From positions 1 through 51,490 of the forward strand of contig MQRK01255235.1 of NCBI GenBank assembly GCA_001938485.1: a stretch of DNA of 51,490 nucleotides. Reading direction: 5' to 3'. Origin of the DNA: Girardia tigrina. Lineage: Eukaryota. Positions 12,727-23,239 of the stretch are shown in pieces. A model generated the notes under the pieces. The model saw only the letters and a program-made list of their open reading frames with translations, did no database searches and was not told where the DNA came from. Position 1 is the stretch's first letter. Every line of letters begins with the position of its first letter. A program made the position numbers and the translations under genes.

Positions 12727-12984
12727 TATTTCCTGATTCTGTCTTTATTTTCGTTTGACCTTTGTTTTTAATTGATATTTTATATTAAAGTAGAATTTTT
12801 ATACTTTCGTTTATTATTACGGACTTTTACTATCAACTTTTTTCGACTAGAATTTAACCCCTTTTTACAGCGACTTAAATCATAAAGAGAAAACAAATAG
12901 AAATTTGATGATTCATAACATTAAATACAATCGTTTTTAATAATACAGAGTTATTTGCTTCTATAATCGTATATATTTTATCCT

Positions 12985-13440
12985 TGTGACAAGAAAGCGA
13001 TGCCAAAATATTACATAGCAAATATACAATTTATGTAAATCAAAGTCAGAGTAATGTAAGTAAAAGATCAAAGAAATGGTACATATTGAAGTATTCGTAG
13101 AAATGATTTATTACGGAGCCAAAATAACAATGATCTACAAAAGATAAATAACAGTGAATTACTTAATTTCTACATATCGAACAGCACTAAGCAGACACAC
13201 TGTGAGTAATCAATCCATTCAAACAACCGCGCAAGATGAATGATCAAACAAAGCGCAATTTAAAACAAACATACCACATGCACCCTTAGTTTCTTTTAAA
13301 AGTCACATAGTCTTTCATCCACTCTGGATTGCGTCTTTCGCGTTGAGGCCTTCTACCATGCTCCTCGTGTTGCTGATCAAAATTACTTTCAACCAATGGT
13401 TCATCCACAAACAAAGCACAATTTGAAACAAAGATACCAC
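12985..13440 (-). mobile_element. 3' end of an LTR retrotransposon: integrase tail plus LTR (12985-13278)
   Basis: RPQRERRNPEWMKDYV tail, purine-rich stretch, then TGTGG...TCACA-bounded ~294-bp LTR on the minus strand. Confidence 0.6.
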
Positions 13441-14419
13441 ACCTATAAGGCAAATAGAAAGACGTTCTATGATGAGATGAGATTCTTCCCGCTGCGGAAA
13501 AGTACAAAATCAGCAAACTAAAACCAAATTTATTATTTTAGAGATAGGTAAAATCATCTACAATCAAACTGCATTAAACAATGCTTTAAGCAAAAAGAAT
13601 ATTGAGAGGTAGGTAATGTTTTAACATAGTAATTTGGCACCAAAATGGGTGCCCAGTCATTGATTAATAGATGAAGTGGGCACCAACCTAGAATATTCCG
13701 TGGTGTAGATGTAACTGGTTTATCGTATAAATAAACTTTATCCTTCTTTATTTTTCGCTCCCCCATTTTGACTCTTAGTATTAGCAGCACGGCAAATAGA
13801 CTGATTCATAAACTCATTATTCTGATGATAATCACAGTCCCATTTCTATAGATCAAGTTGTGACTGTGCACGTGTACAGTGGTCGACCAGAGTTATTCAT
13901 TGAAGGGTATCAATACTTGTTATTTCCCTTATGGTTTAAAAAAGATACATATTAGAAAAATAGATTTCATTTTCACGACATTGTCAGAAAGTGGGTGCAC
14001 AGTAAAAAAACTGTTAAAATATGGTCATTTGAAAGGTCATACTAAAAGCAAATGGTTATTTTGTATTGATATCTAATATTTGCAAATAATTTAAAATGCG
14101 AATTGGGAGAAAACAGCGTAATCTAATTCCCCAAGAAAAAAATGTTCGATCAAAAACATTATTTCTTGATTTTTCACAAACATTTTCCCTCTTGTTGAGG
14201 GCATTTTGTAAAGTGTATCACTTATTTTATGTTATCGTCAGGAAAATTTTAGTAATCATGAAAAGGTAATTTAGATGACTTATAAATGACAATATTATAT
14301 ATAAGCATTTTCAATGAAACAACAACTATGGATGTTTAACTGCTTCAATTGTATATCATAAGTTTATTTTTAGTATAGAATTTACCGTTATTTTATTTGT
14401 TTGCTAAGTACAATGGGTT

Positions 14420-14650
14420 TCCGTATATTGATTTAAGTATGTTGAACTTAGAATGGTGATTCTCCCACCCAGATGGAAATTGGTATTTTTTTATTAAATT
14501 TAAATGGATTGACTATTCGAACATAATTAAAATAATCATTTGATAAGTTTATAATTTTTAATTTAACAATTAAAATTAAGTTTAATATTTTTTAATAAAA
14601 TCTAAATTAAATGCATCTTTAATAATTTTACAGCATTTTATTATTTTGTT
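14420..14650 (+). repeat. LTR-related repeat (family C fragment)
   Basis: Near-identical to ~31615-31845 (ttgatttaagtatgttgaacttagaatggtgattctcccacccagatggaaattgg...). Confidence 0.65.
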
Positions 14651-14695
14651 TTATTATTTTTTACTTAAATATTTAATATTTAATGGTTTTCTTAT

Positions 14696-15203
14696 TATTA
14701 AGAACACCAACATGGGTTTTCAAACTTTTATTCTCATTACAATCAGAATTGACTTTTGGACAACTCTCAGCAAAACTCTCGTAATTCGACATCGTTCTAA
14801 ATTGATAATTTTTTGTTAATGTTTGTTAATAAACAAATTTTTCATTATTTTCTGATTTTATTTTTAAAATTTAAATTTTGTAGTTTTAGTATTAATTTTT
14901 ATTTACATATTAATTTTATCTAAAAATTATTTTATGTAAAGAAAGAACATTTAATTAATTTAAAACTTAGTTAAAACTATTTATTTTATTTAAATTTTAA
15001 TATGAAGATTTTATATTTTTAATGTTTTTAAATATCTTATACTGTACTTAAAATATAAATTATACTCGAATAATTATTTATCGTGAACATCTAAAATATC
15101 AATTTTCCATCTGGGTGGGAGAAACACATTTCCAAATACTAATCTCAACATACAAAATTCAACAAACCAATTTCAACATACCAAATTTAAAATATTTCTC
15201 ACA
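14696..15203 (-). mobile_element. Solo LTR, family A, with 5-bp TSD cttat
   Basis: cttat at 14691-14695 and 15204-15208; empty site visible in the paralogous LTR near 31300 (tgataagaaaa). Confidence 0.85.
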
Positions 15204-15232
15204 CTTATCATTTTTAATTTTAAGATATTTAA

Positions 15233-15409
15233 CACATTGAATGCTGAGTACGAGATATCTCGTACTTCAATATTCATTAGTTAGACGCTAAGTACGAGAT
15301 ATCTGCTGCGCGCATGAGATATGCCTGCCGCGCGGCAGTAAACTTTTTTGTCCCACGCGTAGCGCGCGTAGCAGACGTTCGGTGCATGATGTCAACAGCA
15401 GTCAATGTG
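15233..15409. mobile_element. piggyBac-like MITE (TTAA TSD)
   Basis: TTAA|cacattgaatgctg ... cagcagtcaatgtg|TTAA, TIR 13/14. Confidence 0.75.
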
Positions 15410-17045
15410 TTAATAGATACATTGAAAAGATATTTTTTTATTTTTAAATAGATATTTAATTTTTTTTATGATTTTCTTTTATTATTAATTTCATTTCTAA
15501 TTTCATTTTTAATTTTTAAAATATTTAAAAAACACATTAAAAACATATTTTATTTTTAAATACGTATTTGTTTTTTAATAGTTGTTTTATTATATCATTT
15601 TTAATTTTAAAATATTTAATAAACATATTAACATTAAAATATTTTACCTTTTAAATTAAAAAAATAAAAAATTATTCTGGCGAGTTGCTAATTTAAATTA
15701 ACCCCTCATAAGAGTACTGACACTGACATCATCAGATTCATTTAAAATAAATTCATCAGAGATCCTGCTTATATCAATATTTAAGGTGTTGCAAAAGTTT
15801 CTTGATATTTATACAACGTATATTACAAACTCAAGAACTAAAAAATAAATAAACATTTTGACGCAGATATCGTAATTTGTAAAAATAAATCATTGTATTT
15901 TTCACTTCACTGAAAACTTAGTTTAAGACCTATTATGTTTTGGTTTTTTATTTACTTTCCTCATTTCGGATAATAGAAAACAAATAGTTTATTTTGCGTC
16001 TACCTAGAGTAAGAATGTGCAACCTGTTTAATATTGATGTACACAGTAAATTACCAAAAATATTAATTTGATGAATTTATTAAATGAACCAATTTTTGAT
16101 TTGTATTAATTTCCGCGAAGAAAATTTGTAACCCTACAAAATTGACTGTTCTTAACTAAAAATAAAGGGCTAGATCTTTTTTACAAAGCATACTGTAAAT
16201 AAGTCATCATGAATCATTTTGTCATACAAAAATAATATTATAAATTCGGGTAATCTTCTTTTATTTTACTTAATTATTGCAGGTTATCCCCTCCTGTATT
16301 TGAGGAGCATATTATAATCAATTCTTCTATTCTTCTCTTTTCACATTATTTTGTAAGTCACATGATTTACTGAAAACAAATAAATACCTCACAATATACA
16401 AAAAGTCAATCAAAACAATTTTCTCGAATATAAGCGACTTACGATTTTTAACTGCAATTTCAATAGATTTCTTTCAGAAAAAATGTGTTTATAAGGGGTA
16501 TATAACGATGAAAACAAATTTTTGTGGATTAAATTTTTAGGGTTATATGATCAAATATCAAAAAAGTATTTGGCTACAGAATTTACTACAGAATTGAAAA
16601 TTTAATTTTGCTAACTATTAAATCAAAAGAAATTTTTTACATCCATTCTTTATACAGACAGAACTCTACTTTGACAGTAAAATTTTAATTAAAAAAATAT
16701 TTGCAAAAAAATCACAATAAAAAATTATGTTAGTCAAGCAGAGTACCGCCCGTATAAAGCATGGATATAAAAAAAATATTTTTTTGAATTACTACTTAGA
16801 CTTTAAATCGGTTTACTGGACTATTTTTCAATTTATTTTTTGCGATATATAGAGTACTTATAATTTATAAGTAGATCTTTTTCAATTAATATTGTTCAAA
16901 ATTAATATTGTTTAAATTTTGAAACCTTAAAATATGTTTTGGTCAAATTTTCCCACTATCATTTAATGTCATCGAAATTAAGTAAGAGTGCAAAGTTTGG
17001 AGAAAATTGATTGAGTAAAAGCCTTCAAAAATAAATTTCAAAACT

Positions 17046-17076
<31 letters not shown>

Positions 17077-17126
17077 NNNNNNNNNNNNNNNNNNNNNNNN
17101 NNNNNNNNNNNNNNNNNNNNNNNNNN

Positions 17127-17182
<56 letters not shown>

Positions 17183-17260
17183 CTTTTCAATTAATTCCAA
17201 TGGCAATCGGGTTAATAAAACAAAAAATAGGCCTTTTTCAAAACATTTATTTTTATTTTG

Positions 17261-17295
17261 CAATACTAGTTTCGCCATATTTGCATCTTCAGTTG
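17261..17295 (-). ncRNA. Minimal type I hammerhead ribozyme (inverted copy)
   Basis: Minus strand caa CUGAAGA u gcaaauauggc GAAAC ua GUA uug. Confidence 0.65.
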
Positions 17296-17779
17296 ACTAA
17301 TTGAAATTTCAGATTTAAGTCCCTTTTATATAGCGGTAGACTGTTACGCAATACTCGAAACAGTTCCATTCTTAATCATATATTGAATTGTAGGGATCGA
17401 GAAAATATAGGGAGTGATAAGGAATTTAGTGTTTTATGTAAAAATTTTGACAATTATAAGGATAGGATAATCACTGAAGCATTGTTAATTAAGCATTAAA
17501 ACCATGCTTAAATGTTCAAAGTGATTCCTCAAATTATATTAAAATATTTTAATTCTTAGTTTTTTTTTGTCTTCTGTTTCTTTTAAGTTTTCTTCTTTTT
17601 TGTCTTTTTCTTTTTTTCTTTTGGAATAAATAATTAAAATTTTGAATATTGATTTTTAGACGTTTTTTCTTGTTATTTTTTTTTATTAAAAAAATTAAAA
17701 TAAAAAAAGCCTTAAATTGAGTATTGCGTAACAGTCTACCGCTATATAAAAGGGACTTAAATCTGAAATTTCAATTAGT

Positions 17780-17814
17780 CAACTGAAGATGCCAATATAG
17801 CGAAACTAGTATTG
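17780..17814 (+). ncRNA. Minimal type I hammerhead ribozyme
   Basis: caa CUGAAGA u gccaauauagc GAAAC ua GUA^ uug: stem I caa/uug, palindromic stem III ACUAGU. Confidence 0.7.
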
Positions 17815-17874
17815 CAAAATAAATAAATATATATCAATAAATAACAAACGCCATTTTAAAAGTTTTTTATTTCT

Positions 17875-17909
17875 CAAAATATGTTTCGCCATTACGGCAT
17901 CATCAGTTG
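17875..17909 (-). ncRNA. Minimal type I hammerhead ribozyme (inverted copy)
   Basis: Minus strand caa CUGAUGA u gccguaauggc GAAAC au AUU uug. Confidence 0.6.
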
Positions 17910-18019
17910 TGAAGTAAATTTCAAATTACAAGTCATTTATATGGCACATTGACAATAAAGATTAATTGCGTAATAGTCAATGTGCCATATAAATGACTTG
18001 TAATTTGAAATTTACTTCA

Positions 18020-18054
18020 CAACTGATGATGCCGTAAAGGCGAAACATGTTTTG
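18020..18054 (+). ncRNA. Minimal type I hammerhead ribozyme
   Basis: caa CUGAUGA u gccguaaaggc GAAAC au GUU^ uug; TATAAA upstream, AATAAA just downstream. Confidence 0.7.
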
Positions 18055-18121
18055 AGAAATAAAAAACTTTTAAAATGGCGTTTGTTATTTATTTTTTTTA
18101 CAAATAAATTGCCATTAAATC

Positions 18122-18161
<40 letters not shown>

Positions 18162-18165
<4 letters not shown>

Positions 18166-19346
18166 GTTGTTCGATATGAAACGGGTCAAAGTTCACACCT
18201 TACATTTCAATCGCGTATAACTTAACTTTGAACTATCGTATGAAAATAAATAAGGTATTTCTTGACAGATATATTATTNNNNNNNNNNNNNNNNNNNNNN
18301 NNNNNNNNNNNNNNNNNNNNNNNNNNNNNNNNNNNNNNNNNNNNNNNNNNNNNNNNNNNNNNNNNNNNNNNNNNNNNNNNNNNNNNNNNNNNNNNNNNNN
18401 NNNNNNNNNNNNNNNNNNNNNNNNNNNNNNNNNNNNNNNNNNNNNNNNNNNNNNNNNNNNNNNNNNNNNNNNNNNNNNNNNNNNNNNNNNNNNNNNNNNN
18501 NNNNNNNNNNNNNNNNNNNNNNNNNNNNNNNNNNNNNNNNNNNNNNNNNNNNNNNNNNNNNNNNNNNNNNNNNNNNNNNNNNNNNNNNNNNNNNNNNNNN
18601 NNNNNNNNNNNNNNNNNNNNNNNNNNNNNNNNNNNNNNNNNNNNNNNNNNNNNNNNNNNNNNNNNNNNNNNNNNNNNNNNNNNNNNNNNNNNNNNNNNNN
18701 NNNNNNNNNNNNNNNNNNNNNNNNNNNNNNNNNNNNNNNNNNNNNNNNNNNNNNNNNNNNNNNNNNNNNNNNNNNNNNNNNNNNNNNNNNNNNNNNNNNN
18801 NNNNNNNNNNNNNNNNNNNNNNNNNNNNNNNNNNNNNNNNNNNNNNNNNNNNNNNNNNNNNNNNNNNNNNNNNNNNNNNNNNNNNNNNNNNNNNNNNNNN
18901 NNNNNNNNNNNNNNNNNNNNNNNNNNNNNNNNNNNNNNNNNNNNNNNNNNNNNNNNNNNNNNNNNNNNNNNNNNNNNNNNNNNNNNNNNNNNNNNNNNNN
19001 NNNNNNNNNNNNNNNNNNNNNNNNNNNNNNNNNNNNNNNNNNNNNNNNNNNNNNNNNNNNNNNNNNNNNNNNNNNNNNNNNNNNNNNNNNNNNNNNNNNN
19101 NNNNNNNNNNNNNNNNNNNNNNNNNNNNNNNNNNNNNNNNNNNNNNNNNNNNNNNNNNNNNNNNNNNNNNNNNNNNNNNNNNNNNNNNNNNNNNNNNNNN
19201 NNNNNNNNNNNNNNNNNNNNNNNNNNNNNNNNNCAGTGTGTTGACAACATGGGGGATATTTTGATTAAAAATAAAATGTTATTATTTAAAAAAAATTGAT
19301 TTACATTTTACTTTAATTTTGACCCGTTTCATATCGAACAACCTAA
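18162..19346 (+). mobile_element. Mariner element, interior in an assembly gap
   Basis: Perfect TIRs ttaggttgttcgatatgaaacgggtcaaa, TA TSD; transposase tail QCVDN...GYFD* after the gap. Confidence 0.9.
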
Positions 19347-19533
19347 TATATAGAAAGTAAGCTAATAAAAAGAATGGAAAAATACTTAACATTTTGAGAT
19401 GTTTTCTAACTTCCAACAAAAATTTTTACTATAATGTTAAACTCCGATATAACGAACAATTTTGTATGTCCCGATTTACTGTTATACAGTTAAACCAAGA
19501 TACGACGAAACTCTCTATAACGAAACCCCTCTA

Positions 19534-19712
19534 CAGTAAAACCTCTCCATAAATTAAAATAATAAATTAAATTAAAAAATAAATTAAATTAATGAATAAT
19601 AGAAAAAAAATAATGCTTTGAATCTGTTTTAATTTTCAATTTAACAAAAAATATTGTTCCTAATATAGAATTACATCTTATAAAGAGGGAACTTTATAGA
19701 GAGGTTTTACTG
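19534..19712. mobile_element. Tc1/pogo-type MITE
   Basis: TA|cagtaaaacctctc ... gagaggttttactg|TA; nested in a related older MITE (~19430-19770). Confidence 0.7.
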
Positions 19713-19841
19713 TATTACGAACATTTTATTAAGTCCCTTGAAGATTTTTTTTTCGGGAATTAACTTTTATAATTTAATTTTAACTTTAATTCAATAATAT
19801 TTTATTATCAATAATTAATCATTTACGTTATCATTTTTGTG

Positions 19842-21218
19842 ATGTTTTTACCAAAATTTTTTCATTGGAAATCTCGAGAAGAATCGTCATTTAAGTGTGT
19901 AGGGACGACTGATGATGAGAATTTAGATTTCGATTGCGACAGCCTCGTTGCATATCCCAGCCTTTCTAATTTAAATCAAGACATCGAAAATTCTGACGCC
20001 AATCATCATCAATCATTATTATTAATGAAAAAAATACACGGTTATCCAGAATGCTGTTCGGCACATCTTATCGAAGCCACCCACATGAATTACGAAAGAC
20101 CATCGAAGAAAGAAATGATGGAACGAAGGTTGGAACTCTATTTCAAAAAGTATCCGTTTCGTGGACACGATGATTATAAACTGAAAACAGCTGTGATTTC
20201 GAAACTCGAAAAATCCGAAGAAACGAAAAGCCTTGACAATTACGTTCGGAAAAATTCGATTACCCCTGTTAAATGTCGTACTCCATTAATACTATTGAAT
20301 GAGTCTAATAATAATGATAAGAAATTGAATCAGTTGACTGTGATAACAAAACAGAAAGTAGAAAAACCGATTTACTCAACGTTTATTGAAAAATTTAGTA
20401 AAACTGATGATGATTTGAAGAATTTCGACTTAAGAAGTTGCGATACGGGATTAAGTGGAAATATGTCAAGAAATCCAAGTCGAGTTACCACTCGTTCCAG
20501 TCAAGATATTTACTATAGCGCTGTATCATCGAATCTCAGTTTCGGGGAAATTTCTAACGATAGTTCGTTAAAGAGTCGAAAAACAATGAAATCTAAGTCT
20601 TATACGAGTCACTCTTTCACAACGTGTTTCAACGGATCTTCCAAATCTTATTGTGAAGAAATTAGGAAGTTAAATTTAAGTTCCGGTGACAATTCTCTGA
20701 ATGAAGAGATCATTGATTCATCGAAAGATTCCTTAAATTGGACAATGACTACTCGGGGAAATAATATTTCGTTACGTAAACCGTCGAAAGATCAAATCGA
20801 AAACGATTTGGATTTCGTTACGTCTTTAAGTGGGGATAATTTGAATAAACTTTCAACTGATTGTGATTTAACGAGAATTTCCCATAAGTCAGATTTGTTA
20901 ATCAGTCCCCCGACCGATATGACTAGAATAACATCAATGGAAAATCTTTTCCATTCGAAAAATTTTACGAATAAGAAAATGTCTAATGAGACATTTGAAA
21001 AGATTTTATCGGTTTTGAAGTGTATGATGAGTGATTTATCAAGTACGGAGTCGAGTGAATGGAGTTTGTCTCGGAGTAACAAATCCACGTTTAATTCCAT
21101 TAGTAAATTGCCTAGAAAATTGAAAAAAACTTCTTCGACATGTGTCACGGATTTAGGATCTTTAGATTTGTGTTCGTATTTGTCAAGTTTCGATAAATCA
21201 GAATCTTGTTTGAATTAA
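19842..21218 (+). CDS. Uncharacterised Ser-rich protein (~458 aa), apparently single exon
   Basis: 1.38-kb uninterrupted ORF in very AT-rich DNA, higher GC than flanks, AATAAA ~25 nt after the stop. No domain recognised. Confidence 0.75.
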   Translation: MFLPKFFHWKSREESSFKCVGTTDDENLDFDCDSLVAYPSLSNLNQDIENSDANHHQSLLLMKKIHGYPECCSAHLIEATHMNYERPSKKEMMERRLELYFKKYPFRGHDDYKLKTAVISKLEKSEETKSLDNYVRKNSITPVKCRTPLILLNESNNNDKKLNQLTVITKQKVEKPIYSTFIEKFSKTDDDLKNFDLRSCDTGLSGNMSRNPSRVTTRSSQDIYYSAVSSNLSFGEISNDSSLKSRKTMKSKSYTSHSFTTCFNGSSKSYCEEIRKLNLSSGDNSLNEEIIDSSKDSLNWTMTTRGNNISLRKPSKDQIENDLDFVTSLSGDNLNKLSTDCDLTRISHKSDLLISPPTDMTRITSMENLFHSKNFTNKKMSNETFEKILSVLKCMMSDLSSTESSEWSLSRSNKSTFNSISKLPRKLKKTSSTCVTDLGSLDLCSYLSSFDKSESCLN

Positions 21219-21661
21219 AATTTTTATTTTATTTTTCCTAGAAATAAAATATTGATATTGGATTTGGAAAATAGTCAAAAGAAAATAATTTGCGAAAATC
21301 GTTTTCTTTTTCCCTTTGTTGAAACTAATTTTACGTGAATGAGTGTTTGAAAATTATTGGATTGTTTTTTTTTAATCTTTTGGGTTTTTTTTGTTGGAAA
21401 AAATATTTTAAATTTATTTAAATTTGTAATTTTTATATTATTATTAATGTTCAGAGCAAAAAAATAATCATCAAAGCAAATTTAAAACATTTTTCAAGAA
21501 AATTTATTTATTATTTAATTTTATAATAATATTTACAATGTCATTAGAAAAATATGAAATATTTATAAAAAAATGATGACGACACTATCTATAGGAAATT
21601 ATCCAGTTTTCGTTTGTACTTTCGAGTACAATTCTACTGTCTTTTACATATGTACTATAAC

Positions 21662-21929
21662 CAGTGGTGAGCTATGAAATTTTTAACAAGGGGCTCGCTC
21701 TTTTTTTCTCGCGAATCGTATGAACTAGTACTCTAACAATGTATCATTGCAACTGACATATAAAAAACAAAATCATGCTTACAAAAAAAACTATGGTTAA
21801 AACTACAAATGTATGTACTGAAAATGGTTTTAAGGTATTATATTTTCATTATGAAAAAAATACAAGTAGTTACCGAAAAGAAAAAGGGGCTCGCGCTAGC
21901 CCCCACGAGCCCCTTATAGCTCACCACTG
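21662..21929. mobile_element. hAT-type MITE
   Basis: TIR cagtggtgagctat / atagctcaccactg; perfect 8-bp TSD actataac. Confidence 0.9.
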
Positions 21930-22103
21930 ACTATAACAAACATATTGCTAGAGTGAAAATATGTATTTGAACACATTGTTGCAATATAAATGGTAACCCG
22001 AAAATGCAAGAAAAACAAATTAAGTAATGACGAAGATCGTTAATATTAAATAAATTTTGGTATTTAAATTAAATTATTGTTATTAAAATGAATAGAAATA
22101 TAA

Positions 22104-23236
22104 TTGATGTATTGGAACAGATATTCAAAAAATGAGACATTATCGATGTGGTACCCGCTTTTTGAGAGAATTTTTGGAAATATGAGAGAAAGTGCTGCTG
22201 AAGATTTTCATCGAACTATTATTCAGTTAAGGGTTGGACTTGACCAAGGATTTGAACGTTTTACAACTCCAAAATCAAAAAAGTTCATAAAAAAGATTAT
22301 GTGTAAGAGATAACAACACCGATACAAAAAGGAAAACTCTTTCATAAAAATATTGACTGTAACAAAACCAAAACAGAATATTTCGAAATAAAGCAAGCAA
22401 CACAAACCCAAAATAACCATATCCATGACAAAAATTATAAGAAGAATTTCTTCAAACTTACAAGAGAAAAAGAATCACAAACAGAAAGGTTCTGTAGTGA
22501 CAAAAATACTTCTGAGAAACAAATTCAAACTTTGGAATCCGTAAATAAAAAATCAACAGATAAATACAGCCAAACAACAAACACTATCATCACCGAAGCA
22601 AAATCCATATCCAGAGAAGTAGAAACTAATACCCCAACAATCAAAGATGACTCTTCACAAACCGACAACATGAACATTAACAAAATATCTCAGAATCAAT
22701 CAACACAGATTACTCCATATGATGACTTACCATCATTGAAAGACAGAGACAAAAACACACAACCCGAACTAAGTAAAGAAAATAATTGTTTTAACAAGAC
22801 AAAAATTTACAGCCCAAATGTAGAAACTGATTTTGACATCAATTTCAGTAATGTTACAAGTCCTGATTATGATCCAGAACAATACCAATCCAACAGAAAA
22901 ATAAATCAAGTAAACAGCATCACACACGAAAAACAATTCAAGAACACCGACCAACGATCAACAAAAATCAACAACAGTTTCACAGAAATTGGCTCAGAGA
23001 TTACGGCACTCGTCAGAGATAACACTACCGATTTTCTCCATGGACCTTACAAAATCGAGAGCTTTAAAAGAAATTCTTTCATCTTGCTAATAAACGACGT
23101 AGAAACTACCGTCAACCAAAAACGAATTAGATTCTGTTCTAAAAAACACCTCGATCATATAGATTTCAGAGACTGGGAGGACGAGTTAGTTAAGAAAATT
23201 AAATCCTTATTTGAACATAATTTATATATCTGGTAA
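22104..23236 (+). pseudogene. Disrupted ORF(s) antisense to, and abutting, the gypsy integrase; contains a GPY-like motif
   Basis: ORFs 22104-22313 and 22532-23236 (T/N/S/Q-rich, then HGPYKIESFKRNSFILLINDVETTVNQKRIRFC). Confidence 0.45.
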
Positions 23237-23239
23237 ATA

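Larger units (their letters stand above)
14660..15711 (-). mobile_element. Partial LTR, family B, carrying two nested insertions
   Basis: Reverse complement of ~30762-31330 once the nested family A LTR and TTAA MITE are removed. Confidence 0.7.
17252..17823 (+). mobile_element. Penelope-like element 3' remnant with inverted pseudo-LTRs
   Basis: ~105-bp inverted arms (17252-17356 / 17719-17823). Spacer encodes a GIY-YIG endonuclease C-terminal remnant NSSILNHILNC...RIITEALLIKH/KPCLNVQSDSSNYIKIF*. Confidence 0.8.
17836..18093. repeat. Near-perfect palindrome of two inverted PLE pseudo-LTRs, no ORF
   Basis: 118-bp arms (17836-17953 / 17976-18093), 22-nt spacer, two mismatches. Confidence 0.9.

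Noticed and set aside
15725-15740. CTGATGA on the minus strand (similar cores near 6655 and 13822)
   Set aside because: No stem II-GAAA-NUH context, so not hammerheads.
18222-19299. Long ORFs in the track containing poly-X (also 16943-17278, 34251-34806, 36605-37620, 45406-45633)
   Set aside because: Artefacts of N gaps and (TA)n runs; only the mariner frame 36624-37562 has meaningful ends.
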